DNA from: a bacterium
GTDB lineage: Bacteria > UBA8248
Length of the DNA: 64,000 bases
Reading direction: 5' to 3'
Assembly: GCA_963692865.2 (NCBI GenBank)
Contig: OY843592.1
Coordinates: 2,112,001-2,176,000 of the forward strand
Part shown: positions 18,738 to 29,584 of the stretch, piece after piece
Numbering within the stretch: the stretch's first letter is position 1
How the letters are laid out: each line of letters starts with the position of its first letter
The notes under the pieces: generated by a model
Seen by the model: the letters and a program-made list of their open reading frames with translations, nothing else
Told to the model about the DNA's origin: nothing
Database searches by the model: none
Program-made: the position numbers and the translations under genes

Positions 18738-20429
18738 CTATTCGTCCGTCACGCATCCCTCAGAAGCCGAAGATACGCATTTGGCGTATTTATAGAGCGT
18801 GCCTTTCGTAAATTTCAGCGGGGGCGCGCTCCAGTTCAAACGCCGCCGCTCAATCTCCTCTTCTGGCACCTTGAGTTCCATGACGCGTTGTTGGGCGTCG
18901 ATCAGAACGGAGTCGCCGTCCTCGACGAGCGCGAGGAGCCCGCCGCTTTGGGCTTCGGGCGTGACGTGCCCGACGACGAAACCGTGCGTGCCGCCCGAGA
19001 ACCTCCCGTCCGTGATGAGGGCGAGGTCGTCCCCGAGGCCGGCCCCCATGATGGCGGACGTGACCGTGAGCATTTCCCGCATGCCCGGGCCGCCCCTGGG
19101 GCCTTCAAACCGGATGATGACGACGTCTCCCTTTTGAACCCTGTTTTCCTCCAACCCTTTGAGGGCGTCTTCCTCGGAATCGAAACAGCGCGCAGGACCC
19201 TCGAAACGCTCCCCTTCTTTTCCCGTGATCTTGGCGACAGCGCCCTCGCTCGCAAGGTTCCCGTAGAGAATCTGGAGGTGTCCCGTCTTCTTGATGGGAG
19301 AGGAAAGCGGCACGATGACTTTCTGGCCGGCGTGAAGGTCTGGCAAGGCCTCGATGTTCTCGCCGAGCGTCTTGCCCGTGACGGTAAGACAATCGCCATG
19401 GAGCAGGCCTTCTTTTAAGAGAAGTTTCTGAACGGCTGGAACGCCGCCCACGTCGTGTAAGTCTTCCATGACGAATTTCCCGCTGGGCTTCAAATCCGCA
19501 ACGTAGGGCGTTCTATCGCTGATTTCCTGAAAGTCGCCAATCGTGAGCTCCACCCCGACCGCCTTGGCGATGGCGATGTAGTGCAGAACAGCGTTCGTCG
19601 AGCCGCCGAGCGCCATGATGATCGTAATGGCGTTCTCAAACGCTTCTCTCGTCATGATGTCGCTGGGCTTGATGTCGTTTTCGAGCAGGTGATAAACGGC
19701 TTTCCCCACGTCGAGACACTCGTTTTTCTTGTCCTCGCTCATAGCGGGATTCGATGAACTGTATGGCAGGCTCATGCCCAGCGTCTCGATGGATGAGGAC
19801 ATCGTGTTCGCCGTATACATGCCCCCGCAAGCGCCGCCGCTCGGGCAGGCGTGCCGGATGACCGACTGAAAGCGTTCCTCGTCGATTTTTTCGGAAAAAT
19901 ACTCTCCATAGGCCTGGAAGGCGGAAACCACGTCCAGCTTCTCTCCATTGAGAAACCCCGGGCTGATGGTGCCGCCATAGACCATGAGGCTGGGCCGGTT
20001 GAGCCGCGCCATGGCGATGATGGATCCGGGCATGTTCTTGTCGCATCCGGGGAGTGTGACCAGGGCGTCATACCACTGCGCGCCGACGACGGTCTCGATT
20101 GAATCGGCGATGAGGTCTCGAGATTGCAAAGAGTATTTCATGCCCTCCGTGCCCATGGAGATGCCGTCACTCACGCCGATGGTGTTGAAAATGAGGCCGA
20201 CCATTTTCTTTTCGGCGTTCACGCTTTGCTTGATGTATTCGGCGAGCCGGTTGAGGTGGAAATTGCAGGAATTCCCCTCCCACCACATGCTGGCAATGCC
20301 GACCTGGGGGTTTTTCATATCGATTTCATCCAGACCCGCGCCGTAGAGCATGGCCTGTGAGGCGGCCTGTGAGGGCGGCTGGGTGATGCGCCGGCTGAAT
20401 CGGTTGAGTGCCGTTTTCTGCTCCGTCAT
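18738..20429 (-). CDS. ilvD: Dihydroxy-acid dehydratase
   Basis: [52 protein letters not shown]. Confidence 0.97.
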   Translation of the reverse strand: MTEQKTALNRFSRRITQPPSQAASQAMLYGAGLDEIDMKNPQVGIASMWWEGNSCNFHLNRLAEYIKQSVNAEKKMVGLIFNTIGVSDGISMGTEGMKYSLQSRDLIADSIETVVGAQWYDALVTLPGCDKNMPGSIIAMARLNRPSLMVYGGTISPGFLNGEKLDVVSAFQAYGEYFSEKIDEERFQSVIRHACPSGGACGGMYTANTMSSSIETLGMSLPYSSSNPAMSEDKKNECLDVGKAVYHLLENDIKPSDIMTREAFENAITIIMALGGSTNAVLHYIAIAKAVGVELTIGDFQEISDRTPYVADLKPSGKFVMEDLHDVGGVPAVQKLLLKEGLLHGDCLTVTGKTLGENIEALPDLHAGQKVIVPLSSPIKKTGHLQILYGNLASEGAVAKITGKEGERFEGPARCFDSEEDALKGLEENRVQKGDVVIIRFEGPRGGPGMREMLTVTSAIMGAGLGDDLALITDGRFSGGTHGFVVGHVTPEAQSGGLLALVEDGDSVLIDAQQRVMELKVPEEEIERRRLNWSAPPLKFTKGTLYKYAKCVSSASEGCVTDE

Positions 20430-20585
20430 GTTCTTTTCTCCTGTCCTCTCCTTGTCCTACGCATCAAAACGATGCGAATCGAGGTGCGGTGGTTGTCGGT
20501 TAGCGAGCCGATGGCATCCATAATGAATGGCCGAACTGTTTCCGGCATGTCTACCGAATATCAACTAGGAACGTCATGAATGACT

Positions 20586-21875
20586 CTACCACAACCTCAG
20601 GAAAATCGAGGAGGGGAATTCCTCATTCGCAGGAGGAAAACTCTTTTTCTTCGCAGGCTCCGGTGATTGGAGAATCGATGGAGCCTCGACGGGTTTTTCC
20701 GGTTTTTCGGGGTTTTGCGCGAGAGAAACTCCAAGAGGAGCGTGAATCTGTAGTTCTTCGCGGTTCGCCTTGGCTGGGTTTTCCTGAAAATTCGCTTTCA
20801 CCGTTTCGTGTCGCTCCGCTTGCGGCGGTTCCTTGACGGGCGTTTCGGTGTGATTCGCGTTGGCTTGATGGAGGGCGGAACCGTCATTCGCCGCATTGTC
20901 CGAAGAAATCTCCGAATGATCCTTGCGGGTTCGGGTCGCCTTAATTTTTCGTTCAGGATGATCGCCGTTGCGGGTGAGCGACGGTTTCGGCTTTTCTGGC
21001 TCGAACTTCGCTTTTTCGATCTTTCGGGACCGATTTCGGGGCGCCGGGGAAGTGGGTTTCGTTTTCGATTTAGGGGCCTTGGTTATTCTTTTTTGGTCCG
21101 GGATTTGTTTCGTCTTGGGCGCAGGCGCCGGAGTTCGTTCTTCCGGTGTATGAACTTGGGCCGGTTTGGCGTGAGTTCGTTTCGGTCCGCATTCGCGCAG
21201 GCGGTCGATATATTGCGCGTTCAGTGGCTGCGAACACGCATCGCGCGCGTTCGAGCGGTGAGCGATTTCGATGCCGTCGATGAATCCGTCTCCGTCGCTA
21301 TCGGTGAGCAGCGGATTCAAGCCGCGCGCTATTTCGTCTCCATCGTCAAGCAGGTCGCCATCCGTATCCGCCTTGAGCGGGTCGGTTCGGTATCGGCGGA
21401 TTTCCAGTGCGTCGGAAACCTTATCCCCATCGGTGTCGGCGTTGTCGGGCTTGGTTTTGTATTTGCGGTATTCCGCAAGGTCGGTGAGTCCATCCCCGTC
21501 CTGATCGACGCACTGTTTTTTCTCCATCTTTTCTTCCGCACGATTGATTGCCGTGCGCGCCCTCATGATGAACCGGGTCAGTTGCGCCATGGTGGCGGTT
21601 CTTTTCTCCTCCACCGCCTGGTAGACGGCGAAGCGCGCTACGCCGAAGCGCAGGGGAGCGCAAAGCTCCAGGTCGCCCGTTTGGTCGAGCTTGTCGAATT
21701 CACGGGTCAATTCGTTGAATTCCACATCAATGGCGTTTTTCAGGATTTTGACGGAGCTTTCTTTCACTTTGGGGTGAAGGGAATCGGCGCAACCAGACAG
21801 GCTTGCCCCGAAAACAAGCAGAGCCAAGAGCGTTGCAAATCTGAAAAAGTGTTTTTTCGCTTCAGACAATTTCAT
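20586..21875 (-). CDS. Lipoprotein with bacterial TSP3-like Ca-binding repeats and a Pro/Lys-rich tail
   Basis: Signal peptide with lipobox LSGC; four DxDGDG-type repeats (DQDGDGLTD, DTDGDKVSD, DTDGDLLDD, DSDGDGFID). Confidence 0.75.
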   Translation of the reverse strand: MKLSEAKKHFFRFATLLALLVFGASLSGCADSLHPKVKESSVKILKNAIDVEFNELTREFDKLDQTGDLELCAPLRFGVARFAVYQAVEEKRTATMAQLTRFIMRARTAINRAEEKMEKKQCVDQDGDGLTDLAEYRKYKTKPDNADTDGDKVSDALEIRRYRTDPLKADTDGDLLDDGDEIARGLNPLLTDSDGDGFIDGIEIAHRSNARDACSQPLNAQYIDRLRECGPKRTHAKPAQVHTPEERTPAPAPKTKQIPDQKRITKAPKSKTKPTSPAPRNRSRKIEKAKFEPEKPKPSLTRNGDHPERKIKATRTRKDHSEISSDNAANDGSALHQANANHTETPVKEPPQAERHETVKANFQENPAKANREELQIHAPLGVSLAQNPEKPEKPVEAPSILQSPEPAKKKSFPPANEEFPSSIFLRLW

Positions 21876-21978
21876 ATCCCCACGAGTCGTCACTTCTTGT
21901 TTGCACATGCTCTATTCTTGCGTACCATACATCAATTAGCGGCTGAATTTCACATCTTCTTGTTGTCATTGCCATGAT

Positions 21979-22776
21979 TTGCGTTTGTCCCGGGGAACAA
22001 GATTGAGCGATTCCCAGCAAAAACTCATCGAGAAAGCGGCGGCATGGCTTATGAAATCCCGCTCCACGGTGTGCCTTACGGGCGCAGGCATAAGCACTGA
22101 AAGCGGCATTCCCGATTTCAGGTCCAAAGGCGGAATCTGGGATCGATTCGATCCGAAAGATTTCGAAATTCGTCGCTGGCTCGCTTCTGAGGATATACAA
22201 AGGCGCTATTGGGAAGTGGCGCAGGAGGGATACAACCTGGTTCGAAACGCCTCTCCTTCCAGTGGGCATTTCTCCTTGGCGAGGTTGTCTCGACACGGTC
22301 GACTGAAATTGCTTGTCACGCAGAATACGGACGGTCTTCACCAGAAGGCGGGTCATGATCCAGGCAAGATGGTAGAAATACACGGAACGAGTCATTCGTG
22401 TGTTTGTGTGGGGTGCGGCTCCAAATCGCCTCGCCCTGAAATACATGCCCGGGTTCAGGGAGGCGAAGCGGTGCCGAGATGCAAGGACTGCGGGAGCCTT
22501 CTGAAGCCGAATGCCGTTTTTTTCGGAGAGGGATTGCACCCTGAAAAATTGTCCCGCGCCGTTGAGGCGTCCCAAGAAGCCGAGGTTTTCCTGGTCGCCG
22601 GTTCCTCTTTGTCGGTAAGGCCGGCGGGCGGCTTGCCTGAGCGGGCAAGAAGGGCAGGAGCGCGCCTCATCATCATAAACGAGGGACCCACGCGTTTCGA
22701 CGCCAAAGCAGACATACGGATTGAAGGGAAAACCGGCGACGTGTTGCCGGCGCTCGTGAAGGTGGTTCTCGAGTGA
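21979..22776 (+). CDS. cobB: Sir2 family NAD-dependent deacylase
   Basis: TGAGISTESGIPDFR, TQN.DGLH, HG, two CxxC, KP..VFFGE, GSSL; start uncertain. Confidence 0.92.
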   Translation: MRLSRGTRLSDSQQKLIEKAAAWLMKSRSTVCLTGAGISTESGIPDFRSKGGIWDRFDPKDFEIRRWLASEDIQRRYWEVAQEGYNLVRNASPSSGHFSLARLSRHGRLKLLVTQNTDGLHQKAGHDPGKMVEIHGTSHSCVCVGCGSKSPRPEIHARVQGGEAVPRCKDCGSLLKPNAVFFGEGLHPEKLSRAVEASQEAEVFLVAGSSLSVRPAGGLPERARRAGARLIIINEGPTRFDAKADIRIEGKTGDVLPALVKVVLE

Positions 22777-22938
22777 GCTTGGTTTGGATTTTTGATCTTC
22801 AAGGTCCTGGATGATAGAGTCCACGGCGAATCCTGAAAATATCAACGGATGCTCATCGACCGGGGATTCAACTGACGCCTGACGATATCCTTCCAGGATA
22901 TTATTTGCGCCTTGGTTATGAAAAATGGAGGAGTTCTT

Positions 22939-23874
22939 GTGGCCACGCATGAACTGGATACCACCGTCGATACCTGCCATTGGGGCTATTATGACTCTGA
23001 TCTCACTCCCGTCATGACGATTGCTTCCGGCGATACGCTCGTCGTGAAGACCGAATCCGGACGCAAGGATTTTCTGAAAATACATCCCGAAAGAATCTCG
23101 GATAATCTAAGGCGAATCCTGGAGACGATGGAGCAGGGTCCCGGGGCGCACATCATGACGGGTCCGGTGGCAATCGAAGGCGCCGAACCCGGCGATGTGC
23201 TGGAGATCAAGATTCGGGAAATCAGGCCCCGCTATGACTGGGGCTACAACGGCTTCAGACCCTTGGTGGGCGGCCTGCCGGAGGATTTCCCTTATATGAG
23301 AGTGGTGATTGTCGAGGTGGACGAGGAGAGCGGAACCGGGGACTGGGGCGCAGGAGTCAAGGTGCCGCTCGGGCCATTTTTCGGAAACTTCGGGGTAGCG
23401 CCCGCTCCGGCGCTCGGGCGCGTCGCGTCGTCTCCTCCGGGAGAGTGGGGAGGAAACACGGATTGCAAGGAATTCACGGCCGGCGCGACCATCTACCTGC
23501 CGGTTTTCAACGAGGGCGCCTTGTTCTCCGTCGGCGACGGGCATGGTTGCCAGGGAGATGGGGAGGCGAACATCAACGGAATCGAGATGGGCCTCATCGG
23601 CGCTTTCGAGATGAACGTCCGCAAGGACATGAGCATCAAGACCCCGCGCGCGGAAACGGAATCCCACTACATTTTGATGGGTTTTGATCCGATTCTCGAC
23701 AACGCGGCCAAAATGGCGCTGCGCGAGACGATACAGTTTTTGGGTGAACTTCGGGGCATGAGCCCGGATGATGCGTACAGGTTGTGCAGCCTGGCGGTCG
23801 ATTTGCGCGTCACCCAAATCGTGAACGGCACCAAGGGCGTGCACGCCATGGTGCCCAAATCTTTGTTCGAATGA
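22939..23874 (+). CDS. Acetamidase/formamidase family protein (copy 1)
   Basis: HIMTGPVAIEGAEPGD, GGN.D, GDGHGCQGDGE, AY.LCSLAVDL. Confidence 0.92.
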   Translation: MATHELDTTVDTCHWGYYDSDLTPVMTIASGDTLVVKTESGRKDFLKIHPERISDNLRRILETMEQGPGAHIMTGPVAIEGAEPGDVLEIKIREIRPRYDWGYNGFRPLVGGLPEDFPYMRVVIVEVDEESGTGDWGAGVKVPLGPFFGNFGVAPAPALGRVASSPPGEWGGNTDCKEFTAGATIYLPVFNEGALFSVGDGHGCQGDGEANINGIEMGLIGAFEMNVRKDMSIKTPRAETESHYILMGFDPILDNAAKMALRETIQFLGELRGMSPDDAYRLCSLAVDLRVTQIVNGTKGVHAMVPKSLFE

Positions 23875-23899
23875 ATTTCATTTTTCGAAAGGGCCGACG

Positions 23900-24847
23900 T
23901 TGGCCGAACATGTGATCGCGCAAAACCCCGACAACATCCAGTGGGGTTATTATGACGCCGGGCTTTCTCCGGTTCTCACCGTGGCTTCGGGGGATGTGCT
24001 CGAAATTCACACCGAACCGGGGATACGGACCCTCGAATCTCCGATTCGGGAAAGAGCATCTGAAAGCCTGCGGGACATCGCCGAGCGTGGAAAGAGAGAC
24101 CTGGGAGGCCATATCCTCACGGGCCCCATCGCGGTGGAAGGGGCCGTCGGAGGAGACGGCCTGGAGGTGCGGTTTCTGGATGTCTGGCCGCGCTATGACT
24201 GGGGTTTTAACGTCATCCGCCCCTTGGCGGGTGGCTTGCCCGAGGATTTTCCGTATTCGAGAACGGTAATCGTGGAGATCGACAAGGAGGCGAATACCGG
24301 GGATTGGGGCGCTGGCGTGAAGGTGCCCTTGAGGCCGTATTTCGGTAATTTTGGCGTGGCTCCACCCAGTGATTTCGGCCGTGTTCCATCCACTCCGCCG
24401 GGAATCTGGGGCGGAAACATGGACAACAAGGAACTCATCGCGGGCTCTCGCGCCTATCTTCCCGTATTCCAGGATGGCGCTTTGTTCGCGATTGGGGACG
24501 GGCACGGTTGCCAGGGAGACGGGGAGAGTTGCCTCTCGGCACTGGAGTGCGGCATGTCCGCAAGGGTCGAACTCATCGTCCGCAAGGATTGGAGCTTGAA
24601 GATGCCCCGGGCAGAGACGCCCACGCACTATATCCTCATGGGCTTCGACCCGATTCTCGATAACGCGGCCAAGATGGCGCTCAGGGAAACGATAAATTTT
24701 CTCGGCGAGTTGCGAGGCATGAGCAGAGATGACGCATATACGCTGTGCAGCCTGGCGGTGGATTTGCGCATCACGCAGATTGTAAACGGAGTCAAAGGCG
24801 TTCACGCGATGCTGCCGAAGAGTATTTTTGATGAAGGAGTGTGTTGA
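23900..24847 (+). CDS. Acetamidase/formamidase family protein (copy 2)
   Basis: Same motifs as copy 1 (HILTGP, GGNMD, GDGHGCQGDGE). Confidence 0.92.
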   Translation: MAEHVIAQNPDNIQWGYYDAGLSPVLTVASGDVLEIHTEPGIRTLESPIRERASESLRDIAERGKRDLGGHILTGPIAVEGAVGGDGLEVRFLDVWPRYDWGFNVIRPLAGGLPEDFPYSRTVIVEIDKEANTGDWGAGVKVPLRPYFGNFGVAPPSDFGRVPSTPPGIWGGNMDNKELIAGSRAYLPVFQDGALFAIGDGHGCQGDGESCLSALECGMSARVELIVRKDWSLKMPRAETPTHYILMGFDPILDNAAKMALRETINFLGELRGMSRDDAYTLCSLAVDLRITQIVNGVKGVHAMLPKSIFDEGVC

Positions 24848-25782
24848 TGGCGACTCATGAATTGATTGCGAAACCGGATACCGTTCATTGGGGTTTTTAC
24901 GACGCCTCTCTGGAGCCGGTGATGCGCATTCGCTCCGGCGATACGCTGGAGGTTCATACCGAATCGGGCCGGGATGAATATCTGGCGGAACTCGGTGGCC
25001 GGGCATCCCAGAATTTGAGAGACATCATCGCGCAGGTTCCCCAGGAACTTGGCCCCCATATCATGACGGGTCCTGTCGCCGTAGAGGACGCGCGACCCGG
25101 AGACGTGCTCGAAGTCCGCATTCATGAAGTCAAGACGCGCTATGACTGGGGCTACAACGCCATCCGGCCGATGATGGGCGGATTGCCCGAGGATTTCCCG
25201 TATACGCGCGCCGTCATCGTGGACCTCGATCTGGAAGCGCAGACGGGGGACTGGGGCGCGGGCGTCAAGGTGCCCCTCAGGCCTTATTTCGGGAATTTCG
25301 GGGTGGCGCCCCCGCCTTCCGTGGGCCGTGTGGGGAGTTATCCCCCAAGCGCTTGGGGCGGGAATCTGGACAACAAGGAACTCATATCTGGCTCCATCGC
25401 CTATTTCCCGATTTTCAACGATGGCGCGTTGTTCTCCGTAGGCGATGGACACGGTTGCCAGGGAGACGGGGAGGCCTGCTTGACGGCCATCGAGACGGGT
25501 CTCTCGGGGACGATGGAAATTATTCTCAGAAAAGACTTGCACCTCGAAAATCCCCGCGCGGAAACCGACACGCATCATATCCTGATGGGGTTTGACCCCA
25601 TCCTTGATAACGCGGCCAAAATGGCGCTGCGCGAGACGATACGTTTTCTGGGCGAGTTGCGAGGCATGAGCCGGGATGACGCCTATACGCTTTGCAGTCT
25701 TGCCGTGGATTTACGAGTGACTCAAATCGTAAATGGGGTAAAAGGAGTTCACGCCATGTTGCCGAAATCATTATTTACGTGA
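24847..25782 (+). CDS. Acetamidase/formamidase family protein (copy 3)
   Basis: Same motifs (HIMTGP, GGNLD, GDGHGCQGDGE); TGATG stop/start overlap with copy 2. Confidence 0.92.
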   Translation: MATHELIAKPDTVHWGFYDASLEPVMRIRSGDTLEVHTESGRDEYLAELGGRASQNLRDIIAQVPQELGPHIMTGPVAVEDARPGDVLEVRIHEVKTRYDWGYNAIRPMMGGLPEDFPYTRAVIVDLDLEAQTGDWGAGVKVPLRPYFGNFGVAPPPSVGRVGSYPPSAWGGNLDNKELISGSIAYFPIFNDGALFSVGDGHGCQGDGEACLTAIETGLSGTMEIILRKDLHLENPRAETDTHHILMGFDPILDNAAKMALRETIRFLGELRGMSRDDAYTLCSLAVDLRVTQIVNGVKGVHAMLPKSLFT

Positions 25783-25817
25783 TTTACGTGTTTGTTATCT
25801 CATAGGAGGGTCGGAAA

Positions 25818-26180
25818 ATGAGCGAAAATGCTACAGGAAGCAGGCCTCCATATATTCCGGGAACCCCCGAGGAACTGGACGCCGTAATCGCGGCTCCCGA
25901 CAATCACGAAATTGTTTTTGAAAACGAGCGGGTTCGCGTTTTGCGCGTGACGATTCAGCCGGGCGAACTGGAAAAAGAACACACGCACAAATGGGAGAGC
26001 GTGTTCACCATTATGAGTTTTCCGAAACTCACCTATTACAACGAGAAGGGCGAGGCCTGCGCCATCAGCGAAGATCGCAAAGAAGGTGTTCCTTTCTGGT
26101 TGGGAAGAGAGGGTCTGCATGCCGTCGAGAATCACGGGGACAAACCCCTCGAAGCAATTCGCGTCGAAATCAAAGACTAG
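25818..26180 (+). CDS. Cupin domain protein
   Basis: AAPDNH...FENERVRVL, HTH, H.VEN. Confidence 0.8.
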   Translation: MSENATGSRPPYIPGTPEELDAVIAAPDNHEIVFENERVRVLRVTIQPGELEKEHTHKWESVFTIMSFPKLTYYNEKGEACAISEDRKEGVPFWLGREGLHAVENHGDKPLEAIRVEIKD

Positions 26181-26291
26181 TTTTGGGCATTTTAGCGATT
26201 TTATGCACTTGGTTTGATTACCCGCTGAGAAGGGAAATCAGTCCGGTTCAAGACTCAAAATAATTCCATCGTACATATCAGGGAGTAATGA

Positions 26292-27413
26292 ATGAACACG
26301 GAAAATGGAAAAAGAGCGCCCATCGGATTGGCTATTGTAGGTTGTGGGACGATTGGTAAAATCCGCGCTGAATTTGCCCGTGATTATCCGGGCGTCGAGT
26401 GGCTGGGTCTTTGCGACATCAATCAGCAAGTGGGCAGAAAACTCGCCGATGAAACAAAAGCCGATTTTTTCACCACGGACTTCAAGGAACTCCTGGCTCG
26501 TCCCGAGGTGACGGCATCCATCATCGCCACCGAGGAGAACGAGCACGTAGGCCCCATATTGGCTTCTGTCGAACACGGCCACGCCCTGTTCATCGAAAAG
26601 CCGCTGGCTACGAATGCGGCCGATTCGGCCCGGGTTCTCAAAGCCATCGAAGACGCCGGACTCGATGCGGTCGTCGGCTATACGCAGCGTTTCAGAAGGC
26701 GGTTTCTGGTCGCGAAAGAAAAGATTCGCACCGGCCAGCTTGGCGATGTCACCACGGTCGTCACGAGAGCTTTCATGAACCGTCTGGTACCCATCGCCAC
26801 GGTGGAGAAAACGGAATACCGCGGCATACTCACGCCGATGGTCGTCTCGGGGACGCACAGCCTCGATATCTGCATGTGGTTGATGGAAGGGAAAACGCCC
26901 GTCGAAATATACGCGCGCTCCATGGACAAGGCGCTCGGCGCATCCTATGGCACCAAGGACGCGACTTTAGGCATCTTCACCTTTGATGACGGCACGATAT
27001 GGAGCATGAACATCTCATGGGCGCTGCCGACGGTTTGGCCCGGTTCCGTCTATAGCCTGGAAATCGGCATCGTGGGCACGGAGGGCGTTCTCACCATCGA
27101 CGACACGCATCGGGATCTCGTTCTCGCCAGTGAGAACGCGCAACCCGCAGGCTACACGCCCGATGTGAAGCGAAACGTGGATTTTCTCACGAGTTATCCG
27201 CCTGGAGACGTTGTTTTCGAACAACTTTGGGGTCCGATGCGGGAAGAGACCAACGCCTGGTTCGGGCGCGTGTACACTGGGCTGGACACGCCGCACGCCA
27301 CCGTGCAGGACGGACACCGGAATCTGCTGCTCACCATGGCGATGGACGTTTCCGCGAAACGAAAAGAGCCGGTTCCGTTGCCCATGCCTATCAGTGAGTA
27401 CGAGGAATCATAG
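26292..27413 (+). CDS. Gfo/Idh/MocA family oxidoreductase
   Basis: VGCGTIG, IEKP, GYTQRF, GTH..D. Confidence 0.9.
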   Translation: MNTENGKRAPIGLAIVGCGTIGKIRAEFARDYPGVEWLGLCDINQQVGRKLADETKADFFTTDFKELLARPEVTASIIATEENEHVGPILASVEHGHALFIEKPLATNAADSARVLKAIEDAGLDAVVGYTQRFRRRFLVAKEKIRTGQLGDVTTVVTRAFMNRLVPIATVEKTEYRGILTPMVVSGTHSLDICMWLMEGKTPVEIYARSMDKALGASYGTKDATLGIFTFDDGTIWSMNISWALPTVWPGSVYSLEIGIVGTEGVLTIDDTHRDLVLASENAQPAGYTPDVKRNVDFLTSYPPGDVVFEQLWGPMREETNAWFGRVYTGLDTPHATVQDGHRNLLLTMAMDVSAKRKEPVPLPMPISEYEES

Positions 27414-27441
27414 GTCTTCCAACGAACGGAGAGGAATACGC

Positions 27442-27822
27442 ATGCCTTTTTATGAAATTGAAGGGATGAAGGAGAGCAACAGCAAGACGAATCCCAAATT
27501 CAGGGCGAAAAGCGTTGAGGGCGAATTCATGAAGGTCGGTATAGTCACTAAGCCGGAAGGAGAGGATCCTCCGCTTCATATGCACCCGGACGAAGAGCAG
27601 TTTACGCTGATTCTGGATGGCAAGCTGCACTATATACTTGGTGAAGAAGATAAGATTGTTGAGCGTGGCGATTTGATTCACATTCCCAGGTATACGAACC
27701 ACAGCAGCCGAGCCGTTGATGGGGAAGCCACTTACTACACCGTGAAGTTTCAGGCTGGAACGGGAGACCTGGATGAGGATTACAACAAGGCAAAAGGGGC
27801 CGAGGAAGCAGAGAAGAAATAA
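27442..27822 (+). CDS. Cupin domain protein
   Basis: HMHPDEEQ, GDLIHIP...H; ATG after GAGG. Confidence 0.8.
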   Translation: MPFYEIEGMKESNSKTNPKFRAKSVEGEFMKVGIVTKPEGEDPPLHMHPDEEQFTLILDGKLHYILGEEDKIVERGDLIHIPRYTNHSSRAVDGEATYYTVKFQAGTGDLDEDYNKAKGAEEAEKK

Positions 27823-27857
27823 CCAGGAACCTCGGTTTCACATGGGATTGGATAATC

Positions 27858-28322
27858 GTGTCTATGGAAGAAAAATACTTTGAGGATTTCAGGGTTGGGG
27901 AGAAGTTTCATACAAAAGAGAAAACGCTCTCGACCGAAGAAATCATAGAATTCGCCGAGTTGTACGACCCGCAGCCGTTCCATGTTGACGAGAAAGCGGC
28001 GGCCGAGTCTGCATACGGCGGCATCATCGCCAGCGGGTTCCATACGATCGGGACTTCGTTTCGTCTGTTTATCGATACGGGCGTTATCGGGACCACGGGC
28101 ATGGGCTCTCCCGGCATGGATTCCATCCGCTGGCTGAAGCCTGTTCGCCCCGGAGACACCTTGCGGGTCGAAGCGGAGGTCATGGAGACAAGAGCCTCCC
28201 GCTCGGAACCCGGGCGCGGGATTGTCCTCATGGAATTCAGGACATTCAACCAGGAAAACGAACTGGTGCTTTCGATGCGGTCCGTGAATTTGGTGCGCAG
28301 ACGAGACAGCGGAAATATATAG
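27858..28322 (+). CDS. MaoC family dehydratase
   Basis: YFEDF, DPQPFH, IASGFHT, PVRPGDTL. Confidence 0.92.
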   Translation: MSMEEKYFEDFRVGEKFHTKEKTLSTEEIIEFAELYDPQPFHVDEKAAAESAYGGIIASGFHTIGTSFRLFIDTGVIGTTGMGSPGMDSIRWLKPVRPGDTLRVEAEVMETRASRSEPGRGIVLMEFRTFNQENELVLSMRSVNLVRRRDSGNI

Positions 28323-28455
28323 GCAAAAGTCATGTGGTACGTTCACACAGGACGCTTGCAATTAAGGCAAAGAGGAGAGCCTTTTCCTCATCGACCGTCT
28401 ATGAATGGAAACTGCTGATGCTCTTCACCTCCAGGGTGTTCAAAATCCCTGATTC

Positions 28456-29109
28456 TTAGTGGTGGGCATGCGTCATCGCCGCCATGATTGCCTGCTCGAT
28501 TTCCTGGATCGCCCCACTGACTTCACGTCCGATGAGGTCCAGCTTGCGTATCTGATCGATACGGGGACGGATCCGATTGATCTCCTTGCCGGAAAACACA
28601 TCACGCAGAATGTTGCATGCGTCGGCAAGGCAGATAATCGCAACATCTTTGGGATCCGGCGTTTCATCCGATAGCAACACGCCGGTGATGCGCAGCTTCA
28701 CTTCGCGCTCGGCGCGGCCATCGATCGTCGGATATCTCCGCGCCCGGAAGACCCACAGGAACTTTTCCTCCTGGGATTCCAGAATGCCGGTATCGACCAA
28801 ACTGGCAAGGGACTGCTCGCGGATTTCACTGGCCTCCCGTGAAATAGTTTCAATCCAGGCTTTTGTATCCTTGGTTTCTGCGGAAGCCGCTATATTTTCG
28901 AGAATCCGATCATGCGCCGGGTGGCCAAGCGGGGTATTGTCCAGAACCATCAACTGTCCGGGGTCGGTATCGATGCGGTTTGCAAACGCCAGATCCATCA
29001 AGACAGCGCCTGCAAGCACATACCCCATCGTACTTTCGCGAATGGGCAGGAACGAACCTTTCTCGTCATCCAGCATCAGCAACAAGATTTCATCGACGAA
29101 TGTCAGCAT
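28456..29109 (-). CDS. GPP34/GOLPH3-VPS74 family protein
   Basis: DEILLL.LDD, LAGAVL.DL, KFLWVF..RRYP motifs. Confidence 0.85.
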   Translation of the reverse strand: MLTFVDEILLLMLDDEKGSFLPIRESTMGYVLAGAVLMDLAFANRIDTDPGQLMVLDNTPLGHPAHDRILENIAASAETKDTKAWIETISREASEIREQSLASLVDTGILESQEEKFLWVFRARRYPTIDGRAEREVKLRITGVLLSDETPDPKDVAIICLADACNILRDVFSGKEINRIRPRIDQIRKLDLIGREVSGAIQEIEQAIMAAMTHAHH

Positions 29110-29120
29110 GGAGCGCTCCT

Positions 29121-29459
29121 TTATGAAATCGCCGCGAGGGCTGCTTCACGGGTGTCGTGGCAATCGATTACGGTATGGAAACCGCTGGTTTCTATCACCG
29201 CCTTGCAGTCGGGTTGTAGCGCGCAGATCATCAATTTGCCGCCGCTTTGCTGGCACGCTCTGGCGCCTGTGAGAAATATGCGCAGGCCGGCGCTGCTGAC
29301 GTATGACATTGCTGCGCAATCAAGCAGAACATGCGCATCACCACGGTCGACGATTTCTGAAATCCGGTTTTCCAGTTCCGGCGCGGTGGTGCCGTCGACA
29401 CGCCCTTCAATGGTAATGACGACTGCGGAATCCGCTTTTTCTTCCCTGATGTTCATCAT
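29121..29459 (-). CDS. STAS-domain anti-sigma-factor antagonist
   Basis: GRVD, YVSSAGLR, SGF. Confidence 0.9.
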   Translation of the reverse strand: MMNIREEKADSAVVITIEGRVDGTTAPELENRISEIVDRGDAHVLLDCAAMSYVSSAGLRIFLTGARACQQSGGKLMICALQPDCKAVIETSGFHTVIDCHDTREAALAAIS

Positions 29460-29584
29460 GGCGTGATGTTCTCCTGAATGGCTAATGCAATTTAGGGTTC
29501 ATTCCAAATGTAGTCCAACGTCTGATTGCTTGCAACTTATTTTTCCCCTCTGGAACATTGAGCAATCATTGATGTCGAAATGTC

